A stretch of DNA of 64,000 nucleotides, taken from positions 191 through 64,190 of the forward strand of contig DAOULP010000083.1 in assembly GCA_034420175.1 (NCBI GenBank). The letters are read 5' to 3'. The DNA is from Dehalococcoidia bacterium. Its GTDB lineage: Bacteria > Chloroflexota > Dehalococcoidia > DSTF01 > JALHUB01. The notes below the pieces were generated by a model, which was given only the letters and a program-made list of their open reading frames with translations, ran no database searches and had not been told where the DNA came from. Position numbers and translations under genes: made by a program. Shown in pieces: positions 10,133 through 19,495 of the stretch (its first letter is position 1; each line of letters starts with the position of its first letter).

Positions 10133-10307
10133 CCTCCCTTAGCTTCGCCGCTGCACTGCCGGCCGGGCCACGCACGCTTGCCCCGACGGCGGGCGGCGCC
10201 GCCATACTCGGCACGATACGCGCTGGTGGTGATAGAGGGAAGCACCTTCTGTCGGAGCGGGAGACATCTGCCGCCGCTGGCTCCGGATACACCGGGGAAG
10301 GGTGCCG

Positions 10308-10979
10308 CTAGTGGGCGAAGGGCTCCGTGGCGGCCGTCTCTTCGGACCAGGCACCGCGGCCGATGAGGGGCACGAAGCGGCAGTCGCCGAGCTTGCGGAC
10401 GGTCGTCCCGCTGGGGGTCTTCGTGACGTGGAGAAGCTGCTGCACCCGGCGCTCGCCGACCGGGATGACCAGCCGCCCGCCGAGATTCAGTTGCTCGAGC
10501 AAGGGTCGGGGCACCCGCGGCGCGCCGGCCGTCACCAGGATGGCGTCGTACGGGGCGCTCTCCGGCCAGCCGAGGGCGTCCGCAGCCGTGTGCACCTCGA
10601 CGTTTCCGTAGCCCAGCTCCTCGAGGCGACGACGCGCCCCCTCCGCCAGCTCCGGCACGCGCTCCACCGTCACCACGTGCGCCGCCAGCTCGGCCAGCAG
10701 CGCCGTCTGGTAGCCGGAGCCGGTACCCAGCTCCAGGACCCGCTCGTCGCCGTGCAGGTGGAGGGCCTCGGTCATCATAGCCACCATCAGGGGCTGGGAG
10801 ATGGTCTGGCCGTGCCCGATGGGGAGCGGCCGGTCGTCGTAGGCAATGAGACGGAGGTCACGAGGTACGAAGTGCTCGCGGGGAACGCGCGCCATGGCGT
10901 CCAGGGTTCTCTCGTCGTGCACTTCGTAGCGCAGAGACCGGACGAGGTTCTCGCGGGCGGCGCCGTAGTCGATGGCCAT
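10308..10979 (-). CDS. pcm: Protein-L-isoaspartate O-methyltransferase
   Basis: Classical PCMT motifs: HGQTISQPLMVAMM, VLELGTGSGYQTALLAEL, DAILVTAGAP. Confidence 0.9.
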   Translation of the reverse strand: MAIDYGAARENLVRSLRYEVHDERTLDAMARVPREHFVPRDLRLIAYDDRPLPIGHGQTISQPLMVAMMTEALHLHGDERVLELGTGSGYQTALLAELAAHVVTVERVPELAEGARRRLEELGYGNVEVHTAADALGWPESAPYDAILVTAGAPRVPRPLLEQLNLGGRLVIPVGERRVQQLLHVTKTPSGTTVRKLGDCRFVPLIGRGAWSEETAATEPFAH

Positions 10980-11137
10980 GTCCCCCTTCGCGTCCCCTCG
11001 AAGCCAGGGGGCATCGCGCCCCTACCTTAGCACACCCGAAAGGACCCTCCAAAGGGCGGCGCGCGTGCTACAATTGCCTTCCGTCGCCGGCGCATGGTGA
11101 CCGGGAGGGCTCGGGCGCCGAGGGCGGGGGCTGCGCG

Positions 11138-11881
11138 ATGGCACGTCGATACTGGGTCGGCACCTCCGGCTGGGTCTACCCCCACTGGCGGGGCACCTTC
11201 TACCCGGCGGACCTCGCCGGCAGCCGCTGGCTCGACTTCTACACCGGCCGGTTTCCCACCGTCGAGATCAACGCCACCTTCTACCGCCTGCCGCAGGAGA
11301 AGACGTTCGCCGGCTGGGGCCGAAAGGTCCCGGAAGGCTTCCGCTTCGCCGTCAAGGCCAGCCGCTTCATCACCCACGTCAAGCGACTGAAGGATTGCCG
11401 GGAGCCGGTCGAGACGTTCCTGGGCCGGGCGCGTGCGATGGACGAGAGCCTGGGGCCGGTCCTCTACCAGATGCCCCCCAGCTTCCGTCGCAATGAAGAC
11501 AGCGAGGCCGTGCTGGTCGACTTCCTGTCCCTTCTGCCGCGGGACCTCCGGCACGTCTTCGAGTTCCGGCACGACTCCTGGTTCAACGCGGAGGTCTTCG
11601 CCGTCCTGCGGTTGCACAACGTGGGGTTCTGCGCCTACCACATGGTGGACAAGGAGACGCCCGTCGAGGCGACGACGGACTTCGCCTACGTGCGGTTCCA
11701 CGGCAGCAGCTCGCTGTACGGCGGCTGCTACCAGGAGGCGGAGCTACACCAGTGGGCGGAGCGCATCCGCGACCTGCCGGAGGACGTGCGGGACGTCTAC
11801 GTCTACTTCAACAACGACGCTCACGGCTTCGCCGTCCAGAACGCGCGGGAGCTGGCGGGGCTGCTGGCCGGCGGGGGGTAG
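11138..11881 (+). CDS. DUF72 (UPF0759) family protein
   Basis: YWVGTSGWVYPHWRGTFYP...TVEINATFYRLP...FAVKASRFITH matches the DUF72 signature. Confidence 0.85.
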   Translation: MARRYWVGTSGWVYPHWRGTFYPADLAGSRWLDFYTGRFPTVEINATFYRLPQEKTFAGWGRKVPEGFRFAVKASRFITHVKRLKDCREPVETFLGRARAMDESLGPVLYQMPPSFRRNEDSEAVLVDFLSLLPRDLRHVFEFRHDSWFNAEVFAVLRLHNVGFCAYHMVDKETPVEATTDFAYVRFHGSSSLYGGCYQEAELHQWAERIRDLPEDVRDVYVYFNNDAHGFAVQNARELAGLLAGGG

Positions 11882-12304
11882 GGACACCGGCCTGAACGAT
11901 GGTGGCTGAGCAACACAGAGGTGCTCGTCATGTCCTCTGCCTAGCGACGCCTTCGGCGGCCGCCAGGACGGTATTTCCAGATGTCCTCTCCGACGCGCAG
12001 CCACTTGGGATCTGGCCGGCCGCTGGCCCCTAGTGTGCCATCCGGCTGTAGGTACTGGTGGACAACTGCGACAAGCTCACGTTGCCCCTGACGTTGATGG
12101 AAGTAGGCTACGATCTGGCTGTGAGTGCAGTAGGGTGACCCCAGGTTGGCGGCGCGACTCCGGTTGAGATGATTCTCCTCGCGGACGCTGCTCTGAAGAC
12201 CGCCGCGAAGCAGTCGATGATATAATTGACTTGTGTTGAAAGCCTGTCGTATCCTTCGAGCCCCAACGTACTCTACGGTCATCTGCTAGACGAGGGCCAA
12301 GGTC

Positions 12305-12655
12305 ATGAATCCAGCCATCGAAATCGAATCCGTTGCGCGCTCCTACTTGGTGGGTGAGCGAACGCTCTCCGAGCTGGAGGACTGGCTTGCGCCGAACTTG
12401 CAGTTCCTGTTCCAACTGGACGCGTCGGCCTTCGCCTCGCGTCTCGCCGCCCGAATAGAGGGGGCCATCGCCGACATGGATGCTGAGAACCTTGGTGAGG
12501 ACCACGTGCGGGACTCCATTCGGGAACTCCTGTCAGCACAGTCGCTTGCCAACCGCCTGATAGTAGCGACCTTGGGTTCTGACCCTAACGATGTGGCCGA
12601 CACGGCATTCAGTTCCAACAGCTCCAAGGACCCGATACCTGTGGCGGTGGCTTAG
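12305..12655 (+). CDS. Hypothetical protein (116 aa), in a lower-GC patch
   Basis: Clean ORF with an ordinary amino-acid composition. No recognisable domain. Convergent with, and overlaps by 4 bp, the next ORF. Confidence 0.4.
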   Translation: MNPAIEIESVARSYLVGERTLSELEDWLAPNLQFLFQLDASAFASRLAARIEGAIADMDAENLGEDHVRDSIRELLSAQSLANRLIVATLGSDPNDVADTAFSSNSSKDPIPVAVA

Positions 12656-13113
12656 CTGGTCCCCGCGGGCGGTGGTCCAGCCTGCCGCACCAAGTTGTAC
12701 GTCAGCCTGAATGGCATCCGGGTGACGAACTGCTCATTCAGGAAGACATCGAACCAGTAGACCCCCTCTTGGTCGAACTTCGTCTGGGCCTGCGCCACGA
12801 GGTTCGCGCCTCGGTCTTCCCCTTCAAGCATCAGTGAGTGCTCCAAGAGATCTTTTCGAAGCCCGGACGGCTGCTCCTGGACTATCCTCAGGGTTTGGCG
12901 TCCTCGAGCGCTCCCTGACTTGAACGCTAGGGCGAACCACACCGTGTAGGAGACGGGGGGCAAAGGGTCCGGCATTTCAGTGCCTACGATCGTGTGGGTC
13001 AGGCGGTCAATTAGCCGGATCACGGACAAGACCCCGTCCTGCTCGCGAAGCACGCGCTCGCAGATGACTGCCATCTGAAGATAGGGTCCTCCCGGGATTG
13101 ATTGGGTCGCCAT
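12652..13113 (-). CDS. Hypothetical protein (153 aa), in a lower-GC patch
   Basis: Clean ORF with ordinary composition. No recognisable domain. Confidence 0.4.
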   Translation of the reverse strand: MATQSIPGGPYLQMAVICERVLREQDGVLSVIRLIDRLTHTIVGTEMPDPLPPVSYTVWFALAFKSGSARGRQTLRIVQEQPSGLRKDLLEHSLMLEGEDRGANLVAQAQTKFDQEGVYWFDVFLNEQFVTRMPFRLTYNLVRQAGPPPAGTS

Positions 13114-13302
13114 AGCTGTGGCTCCTCGCTGTTATTCCACGGGGTGGTCGACTACTTCGGAATATTCTGTCGGGCAGCCCCACCGCCATCTAGCCGATTG
13201 CCGCCCCTTCCTAGGCCGTTAGGCAGTCTAGCACAGGCAAGAAGAATCCCGCAGGTGCTCATTCGCCTTGTCCGACAGGCGGCGGGTCAAAGTGGGGGTG
13301 GC

Positions 13303-14004
13303 TCAGCCCAGCCTCTCGCAGACGTCGATGAGCTCCGCAAGGGATGATATCTCGAAGTCCGGCCGGATGCCGGTGTCGCTCGTGGTGCTCCGCCGGTTGA
13401 GCCACACGGAGCGCACTCCCGCCTGTCTTGCACCCCCCACGTCATCTCGAAGCGAATCGCCCACGTGCAGCAGCTCGCGCCCTGCGCATCCGGCCCGCTC
13501 GATCGCGACGTGGAACAGCCGCGGGTCGGGCTTCTCCACGCCGTGGTCCTGGGAGAACACCACGAACTGAAACCGGCCCTCCAGCCCGCAGCGCTCCGGG
13601 TAGCTGTTGCCGTTCGAGAGCAGTCCGAGCGTGTAGCGGCCGCCCAGGGCATCAAGCGTGGGTAGGACGTCGTCGAAGAGCTCGATGTCCTCGAAGCGGT
13701 GTCTCAGGTACAGGGCGCTGAGGTGGGCGGCCAGCTCGTCATCGGGAATGCCGGCCTGATCCAGGCTCCTCTTGAACGCCGCGAGCCGAACGTCCTCCAG
13801 GTTCGTCACCTTCCCTCGCACTTCCTCCGCGACCTGGTTGCGAATGGTGATCATCGTCTCGATGCTCAGGGCATCGGCAGCGGCGGGAGCCAAGCGGCGA
13901 AGCTCCGCCAGGACGCAGCCGAGGCCGTGGCGCATGACCTTCTCGAAGTCCCAGAGTGTGCCATCGGCGTCGAACGAAATAGCCTTGATTCCAACGAGGC
14001 TCAT
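13303..14004 (-). CDS. HAD-superfamily hydrolase (subfamily IA-like)
   Basis: Motif I ISFDADGTLWD. Motif II LLSNG. Motif III/IV K....HVGDSLRDDVGGARQAGV. Confidence 0.85.
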   Translation of the reverse strand: MSLVGIKAISFDADGTLWDFEKVMRHGLGCVLAELRRLAPAAADALSIETMITIRNQVAEEVRGKVTNLEDVRLAAFKRSLDQAGIPDDELAAHLSALYLRHRFEDIELFDDVLPTLDALGGRYTLGLLSNGNSYPERCGLEGRFQFVVFSQDHGVEKPDPRLFHVAIERAGCAGRELLHVGDSLRDDVGGARQAGVRSVWLNRRSTTSDTGIRPDFEISSLAELIDVCERLG

Positions 14005-14154
14005 GCTAAGTGGTTCGCCCTCCCCTACAGGTGTTCCTTCACCTTCTCAGCGAGGAAGCGGGCGTCCAGCAGTTGACGTCCCAACGTTCATCGCGTGCCA
14101 GGAATCGGAGGAGTCTGAAAGCCGACTGCGGGCTTCCGTCCTCCGAAGGGAAGA

Positions 14155-14712
14155 CTACTGCAGTGCCCTCATCCGCGCTGCTCGCAAGAATTCGCGTCGG
14201 ATGAGGGCGCTAAAGGGCCCAATGATCAACCAGTAGGCGCGAAACAGCCAGCAGGCCCTTGGCCCAGATGCCTCGACCCACGTCTCGGTCGATAGCAGCG
14301 AGCCGCTCTCTGTCGCCTCCACCCGCAAGTTGGCAATGGCCCGCATCGTGCCCGGTCGTCCTGAGGCGCGAAACCCATCGGCATCGAGGGCGGAGGGGGG
14401 CTCTCTGAGACGCCAGGGTCCGCCCGCGTTCCCAATGACGACCTCCAAGGCTGGCACCTCCTCAAGGATCAGGAACGGTGGGGTGCTGAAGAACTCCCGC
14501 AGCGTCATCTCCCCGGAGTGGCGGATGCCGCGCATGATGAAGAGGAGTCGCACGATGGGCATATCCGTTAGCCGGATCTGCTCAACCGCCTCGGCGACTC
14601 GTTCGGGCGGCGCTGCGACACGTGATTCGTGCCGTTCCAGCAGGCGGGCCTCAGGACCGAGCCATCCGTCGATGCGTGAGGGCGGACGCTGCTTCTTCAT
14701 CGAACCGCCCAA
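14155..14712 (-). CDS. Hypothetical protein, possibly SRPBCC/DUF2867-like
   Basis: 185-aa ORF in an operon-like arrangement with the HAD gene. No firm motif. The family assignment is a guess. Confidence 0.35.
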   Translation of the reverse strand: MGGSMKKQRPPSRIDGWLGPEARLLERHESRVAAPPERVAEAVEQIRLTDMPIVRLLFIMRGIRHSGEMTLREFFSTPPFLILEEVPALEVVIGNAGGPWRLREPPSALDADGFRASGRPGTMRAIANLRVEATESGSLLSTETWVEASGPRACWLFRAYWLIIGPFSALIRREFLRAARMRALQ

Positions 14713-14848
14713 GGACGCTTCTGCCTTCGTCCGGGCTCCAGGCTGCTGGTGGGCGTTCCCGATCCGATTGATCTGGACCAGACTCGATTGTGTGATATCG
14801 TCATGCAGACCTCAATGGGACGTGGACGGATGCTGCAAGGGCTGTCCC

Positions 14849-16693
14849 CTACATGTGCTCCTTCACCTTCTCGGCCAAACGGCGGGTGAAGCCGACGGTG
14901 GCGGCGATGTCGTCCAGGCTGGCCTCGCGGATGCCCTTCACGGAGCCGAACTTCCGTATCAGCGCCTGCTTCCGCTTCGGCCCGATGCCCGGCACCGAGT
15001 CCAGCGCCGACCGCATGCCCGCCTTCTGCCGCACCTTGCGGTGGTAGGTTATGGCGAACCGGTGCGCCTCGTCGCGGACGCGCTGCAGGAGGTAGAGGGC
15101 CTGCGAGGTCCGAGGCAACACTACTGGATCGGCCTCATCGACCAGGAAGAGCTCCTCCTGCCGCTTGGCCAGGCCGGCCAGGGGCACGTGGCCCACGGCT
15201 TGGTCGCGCATGACGTCGTGGGCGGCGCTCACCTGCCCCTTGCCCCCGTCGACGATGACCAGATCGGGCAGGGCGGCCCAGCCGTCGCCGCCTGCAGACT
15301 GTTCTGAAGTCCGGACGGTCTCGGCCGACACCCGCTTGAACCGGCGGCGCAGCACCTCGGCCAGCATGGCGAAGTCGTTGGCGCCCTCGACCGTCTTGAT
15401 GCGGAAGCGGCGGTACTCGGCGGGCCGGGGGTTCCCGTCGACGAAGACGACCATGCTGCCCACCGCGGACGTTCCCCCGATGTTGGAGACGTCGTAGCAC
15501 TCGATGCGCCGCGGCGGTTGGGGCAGGTTCAGCTCCTCTGTCAGCTCCTCCAGGGCGGCCCGTGTCTTGCCGGCGTCGGCCAGCCACTTGACGCGCTCCA
15601 TCTCCAGCGACTCGCGGGCGTTGTCCGTGGCCATCGCCACCAGGCGGCGCTTCTCGCCCCGCTGCGGGATCAGGAGCTGCATGGGGCCGCCTCGGCGCTG
15701 GGCGAGCCAATCCCCGATCAGCGCCTGTTCGCTGACGGCCAGGGGCAGGACGACGCGCCGGGGGACGTAGGTCGCCGATTCGTAGAACTGCTTGAGGAAG
15801 CTGCCCATGATCTCGGCGTCCGCCTCCTCCTGGGTGCCGTCCAGGGTGAAGTGGTCGCCGCCGATCATTTTGGTGCCCCGGATGAAGAAGACCTGGACGC
15901 AGGCCTCGCCGTTGGCGCGGGCCAGGCCGAAAACGTCCTCGTCCACGGGCCGGGTGTAGGCCGTTACCTGCTTCTCGGAGACACGCTCGATGGCCTGGAT
16001 CTGGTCGCGGAGGGAGGCGGCCCGCTCGAAGTGGAGGGCATCGGCCGCTGCCTCCATGCTGGCCCGGAGGTCGCGCACCACCTCGTCGGTGCGGCCCTCC
16101 AGAAAGAGGATGGTCTGGCGGATGACGTCGCCGTATTCCTCCTTGGTGCAGTAGCCGGTGCAGGGGGCGATGCAGCGGTGGATGTAGTAGTCGAGGCAGG
16201 GGCGCGGGTCCTTGCCGGTAATGGTCTTCGTGCACGAGCGCCAGGGAAACAGCTTCTTGACGATGTCCAGCGTCGTCCGCACCGAGGAGGCGCTGGCGTA
16301 GGGCCCGAAGTAGCGGGTGCCGTCGCTCTCGACGCGGCGGGTGATGTAGACGCGGGGCCAGGGGTCGTTGAGGTCCACCTTGAGGTACGGGTAGTGCTTG
16401 TCATCCTTGAGGCGGATGTTGAAGTACGGCTGATGACGCTTGACGAGGGTAGCCTCGAGATGCAGGGCCTCCTGAGGCGTGTTCGTCACGATGTAGTCGA
16501 AGTCGGCCACGCTGCTCGAAAGGTTCCGCGTCTTGGGCTCGAGGCTGCGCGCCGACCCGAAATAGGAGCGCACGCGGCTGCGCAGGTTCGCGGCCTTTCC
16601 CACGTAGAGGACCTGGCCTTGGGCGTCGCGCATGATGTAGACGCCAGGCCGGGCAGGCAGGGCCCGGAGCTGATGGGCGAAGCGTGTGGCCAT
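14849..16693 (-). CDS. uvrC: Excinuclease ABC subunit C
   Basis: N-terminal GIY-YIG domain (PGVYIMRDAQGQVLYVGKAANLRSRVRSYF). UvrBC-interaction and RNaseH-like domains. C-terminal HhH2 (VPGIGPKRKQALIRKFGSVKGIREASLDDI). Confidence 0.95.
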   Translation of the reverse strand: MATRFAHQLRALPARPGVYIMRDAQGQVLYVGKAANLRSRVRSYFGSARSLEPKTRNLSSSVADFDYIVTNTPQEALHLEATLVKRHQPYFNIRLKDDKHYPYLKVDLNDPWPRVYITRRVESDGTRYFGPYASASSVRTTLDIVKKLFPWRSCTKTITGKDPRPCLDYYIHRCIAPCTGYCTKEEYGDVIRQTILFLEGRTDEVVRDLRASMEAAADALHFERAASLRDQIQAIERVSEKQVTAYTRPVDEDVFGLARANGEACVQVFFIRGTKMIGGDHFTLDGTQEEADAEIMGSFLKQFYESATYVPRRVVLPLAVSEQALIGDWLAQRRGGPMQLLIPQRGEKRRLVAMATDNARESLEMERVKWLADAGKTRAALEELTEELNLPQPPRRIECYDVSNIGGTSAVGSMVVFVDGNPRPAEYRRFRIKTVEGANDFAMLAEVLRRRFKRVSAETVRTSEQSAGGDGWAALPDLVIVDGGKGQVSAAHDVMRDQAVGHVPLAGLAKRQEELFLVDEADPVVLPRTSQALYLLQRVRDEAHRFAITYHRKVRQKAGMRSALDSVPGIGPKRKQALIRKFGSVKGIREASLDDIAATVGFTRRLAEKVKEHM

Positions 16694-16809
16694 ACCACTT
16701 CCATTCTAGAAGAGGTAAGGGCCTTCCTCAACGAGCCGAATCTCGCGTAGCGCGCGCCCGCGCGCGAGCCGGCTAAAGGACTGCGCTGGCGAGCCGAAGC
16801 TTGACATAG

Positions 16810-18309
16810 ATGACCATGCCCATGCCCGAATCCGGAGAACGCTTGGAGAGCAGCTTGGACGAAGGCGCGGAACGCCCGCCCCGTCCGCCCGCAGACGCCA
16901 GGCTGACCGCGATCAGTGGCGAAATGACGCCGGAGGGTGTCCAGGATCGACCTGCGGCTGCCAACGGGGCCGCCCGGCTGCTGGCGCCCCCGTCTCCGCA
17001 GTCGCTGGCGGAGACGGGTCTCCCGTCGTCCTTCCTCCACGATCTGATCCTCAAGTTCCTCTTCTTCCAGAGCAGCCTCCGTCCGCCGGACCTGGCGAGC
17101 CGCCTTGCTCTGCCGCGGCGCCTGGTTGATGAGCTCCTGGAGCAGCTTAAGGGGGCGCACCTTGTGGAGATCGACCCCATGGCTCCCGGCCTGGGCCAGA
17201 CCTTCTCGTATCGTCTGACCGATGGCGGCCGGGAGCGGGCCGAGGCGGCGCTTGATCTGACTCGCTACCTGGGCCCGGCGCCAGTACCCCTGTCCCAGTA
17301 CGTGGCCTGCATCCAGGAGCAGAAGAGGCGTCGCTGGCGCGTCACTCCGGACGACATCAGGACGGCCCTGGGCCACCTGACGCTCTCCGATGAGATGCTC
17401 GACAGTGTGGGCCAGGCCTTCTTCTCCGGTCGAGCCGCCATCATCTACGGCGATTCCGGGAATGGCAAGACGGACATCGTCACCTCGCTATCCAGGCACG
17501 TGCTGGAAAGCGTCGTCATGCCCTGGGCGCTGTTCCTCGATGGACAGGTGATCAAGGTGTTCGATCCCCTGATCCACGAGGCTGTGCCTGCCGAGGTCGC
17601 CGCGCATCAGGACGGTGCGAGCGAGGTGCTGCGAGCTCCCCGGGACGGTCGGGACCGGCGCTGGCTTCTGGTGAAGCGACCCGTAGTGGTCGTCGGCGGT
17701 GAGTTCACCCTCGATGACCTGGAGCTCTCCTTCGACGCCGCCCAGCGCGTCTACCGGGCGCCTGCTTCGCTGCAGGCCCAGGGCGGCACCCTGGTCATCG
17801 ATGACCTGGGACGGCAGAGGGTGCGTCCCGTCGATATCCTCAACCGCTGGATTGTTCCCCTGGAGCGAGGATTTGACACCCTGGTGCTTCAGACGGGGCA
17901 CTTCGCCGTCGTCCCGTTTCGCGTCTCCCTCATCCTCTCCACCAACATGCCGCCGGCGGAGATCTTGGACGAGGCGCACCTGCGGCGAATCCCCTACAAG
18001 GTGTACGTCCCCGACCCTACGCCTGAGCAGTTCCGCCGCATCGTGACCCGTGTCTGCCACGAGAAGAACCTCTACTTCACGGAGGCGGCGATAGATCACC
18101 TTGTGAACCGTCTCTACGCGCGAGGACTGCCCGTGCGGGGCTGCTACGCCCGCGATATACTCCAGATCATCGTGGAAGCCGCCAGCTACCGAGGCATGGA
18201 GCCACTGCTCGATGCGGAGTGGGCCGACCGGGCCTGCGAGCTGTACCTCTATCGTCCCGGGATGGAGACGCCGACCGCGCTGCCACGACGGTCGGACCGG
18301 GCCGCCTAG
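16810..18309 (+). CDS. AAA+/P-loop ATPase with a disordered N-terminus and a putative winged-helix segment. Function unknown.
   Basis: Walker A GDSGNGKTD. Walker B-like TLVIDDLGRQ. Sensor-like LILSTN. N-terminal LILKFLFFQSSLRPPDLASRLALPRRLVDELLEQL looks like a wHTH. Confidence 0.55.
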   Translation: MTMPMPESGERLESSLDEGAERPPRPPADARLTAISGEMTPEGVQDRPAAANGAARLLAPPSPQSLAETGLPSSFLHDLILKFLFFQSSLRPPDLASRLALPRRLVDELLEQLKGAHLVEIDPMAPGLGQTFSYRLTDGGRERAEAALDLTRYLGPAPVPLSQYVACIQEQKRRRWRVTPDDIRTALGHLTLSDEMLDSVGQAFFSGRAAIIYGDSGNGKTDIVTSLSRHVLESVVMPWALFLDGQVIKVFDPLIHEAVPAEVAAHQDGASEVLRAPRDGRDRRWLLVKRPVVVVGGEFTLDDLELSFDAAQRVYRAPASLQAQGGTLVIDDLGRQRVRPVDILNRWIVPLERGFDTLVLQTGHFAVVPFRVSLILSTNMPPAEILDEAHLRRIPYKVYVPDPTPEQFRRIVTRVCHEKNLYFTEAAIDHLVNRLYARGLPVRGCYARDILQIIVEAASYRGMEPLLDAEWADRACELYLYRPGMETPTALPRRSDRAA

Positions 18310-18388
18310 CTGCCACTCCCGACGGGGCGCGTAGCCCCTCACTTTCGTTGACACAGATTCGCGGCGGTTGCTATACTGCGCTCCGCAT

Positions 18389-18463
18389 GGCAGCGTAGCT
18401 CAGTGGTAGAGCAGGGGACTCATAAGCCCTTGGTCGCAGGTTCGAATCCTGCCGCTGCTACCA
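18389..18463 (+). tRNA. tRNA-Met (anticodon CAU; could also be tRNA-Ile2 by lysidine modification), with encoded CCA
   Basis: Cloverleaf folded by hand. Acceptor GGCAGCG/CGCTGCT. D-arm GCTC-AGTGGTA-GAGC. Anticodon loop CTCATAA with U33/A37. T-arm GCAGG-TTCGAAT-CCTGC. Discriminator A then CCA. Confidence 0.85.
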
Positions 18464-18481
18464 GAGCCCCATCTTGAATCT

Positions 18482-18520
18482 GTCCCCTGTTTTCGCGAGC
18501 AGGGGACTCTTCTCTTCTGG
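18482..18520 (+). terminator. Rho-independent terminator-like hairpin downstream of tRNA-Met
   Basis: GTCCCCTG-ttttcgcgag-CAGGGGAC, a perfect 8-bp stem, followed by a T-rich run (tcttctcttct). Confidence 0.5.
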
Positions 18521-18693
18521 ACGCCTCTTAGCCTCTCCGGTAGATTCGAGACGGAGTCTAACCGGCAGCCCGTCAGACGAGGGGATAACCAGTCCCCTGG
18601 TCCATAGCGTCTACCGACGCTGCAGCGAGCCCAGGTCCCGACTGCCGGTGCCGGCGTGACCGCGGGAGCACGAACACTTGGCCCGCGTAGTAC

Positions 18694-18723
18694 TTGACAG
18701 CCCCTGCCCGCCAGTGATATGAA
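18694..18723 (+). promoter_or_regulatory. Putative sigma-70-type promoter upstream of the first TasA-like gene
   Basis: TTGACA at 18694-18699, an 18-bp spacer, then TATGAA at 18718-18723. Confidence 0.3.
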
Positions 18724-18799
18724 CCACTACGTCCGAGACCCCGCTATTCCCCGCCCGAGTCAAGTCCGCATCGGCGAGAACTCTCAGGAGACTGGTACC

Positions 18800-19441
18800 A
18801 TGAAGTGGCGAGCACTTTCGTTAGCGTTCACCGCGGCGGGTGTTGGCCTGGCGCTCACTATGGCGTTGGCTCAGCCTTGGACAGATACCCAGACGTCCAG
18901 TGGCAGCATCAACGCGACAACCGAGTCGGCCGAGCTGTATATCTGCGAGCCGGGTGGTGTGGACTGCGAAGTCGACGATAGCGGCGCCGATGAGGCCATC
19001 TTCGAAGGCGTAGAGGACCTGTACCCTGGAGCGACGGCGAGCTATTCGCTGAGGTTGAGAAACGTCGGAACCCTCCCGTGGGACGCCACTGGCATCGCTC
19101 CTGCCTTCGTCGAGACATCCGATCCGGGGGACGACTGTGACATTCAGCCCACCGTCCGCCTCAAGATGGTCTCCAAGAACGACAACCATATCACGAACCC
19201 GGTCGGGGGGTGCGGCAGCAACCCCGACTACGATCCTGGCCTCCCTCAACTCATCACTGAGAGCACTGAATGCGTGGACGGATATGGAATACCCAGGTAC
19301 TACTGCTGCGGGACAATCCATGTAGCTCCGAGCGGCAATGAGGACGTCCACATGTACGTGACTCTGTCTTCCAGCGCACCCGTTGCCTGCAAGGACAACG
19401 TATGGGACCTCTCGATTGTATGGACAGCCACACCAGACTAG
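18800..19441 (+). CDS. Secreted protein with a TasA/camelysin-like (SipW-cognate-type) N-terminal signal region
   Basis: AGGAG RBS. Signal peptide MKWRALSLAFTAAGVGLALTMALA followed by QPWTDTQTSSGSINAT, which resembles the F-S-D-T-E-T-S-S-G-N motif of TasA/camelysin-family signals. Cys-rich mature part. Confidence 0.5.
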   Translation: MKWRALSLAFTAAGVGLALTMALAQPWTDTQTSSGSINATTESAELYICEPGGVDCEVDDSGADEAIFEGVEDLYPGATASYSLRLRNVGTLPWDATGIAPAFVETSDPGDDCDIQPTVRLKMVSKNDNHITNPVGGCGSNPDYDPGLPQLITESTECVDGYGIPRYYCCGTIHVAPSGNEDVHMYVTLSSSAPVACKDNVWDLSIVWTATPD

Positions 19442-19495
19442 CGAGGCTGGATGAGCAGCGTCCTCCCTAATTGGACAAGGCGCGGGTACCCAGCA

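Noticed and set aside
15135-16750. Long alternative-frame/antisense ORFs (15135-16235 minus, 366 aa; 15518-16750 plus, 410 aa) inside uvrC
   Set aside because: Arg/Pro/Gly/Ala-dominated translations typical of off-frame reading of high-GC DNA. They fully overlap a confidently identified uvrC.
18389-18463. Alternative reading of the tRNA as tRNA-Sec (anticodon UCA) by shifting the anticodon loop one nucleotide
   Set aside because: The loop CTCATAA with the canonical U33 and A37 puts CAU at positions 34-36. There is no long variable arm or 8-bp acceptor stem as required for tRNA-Sec.
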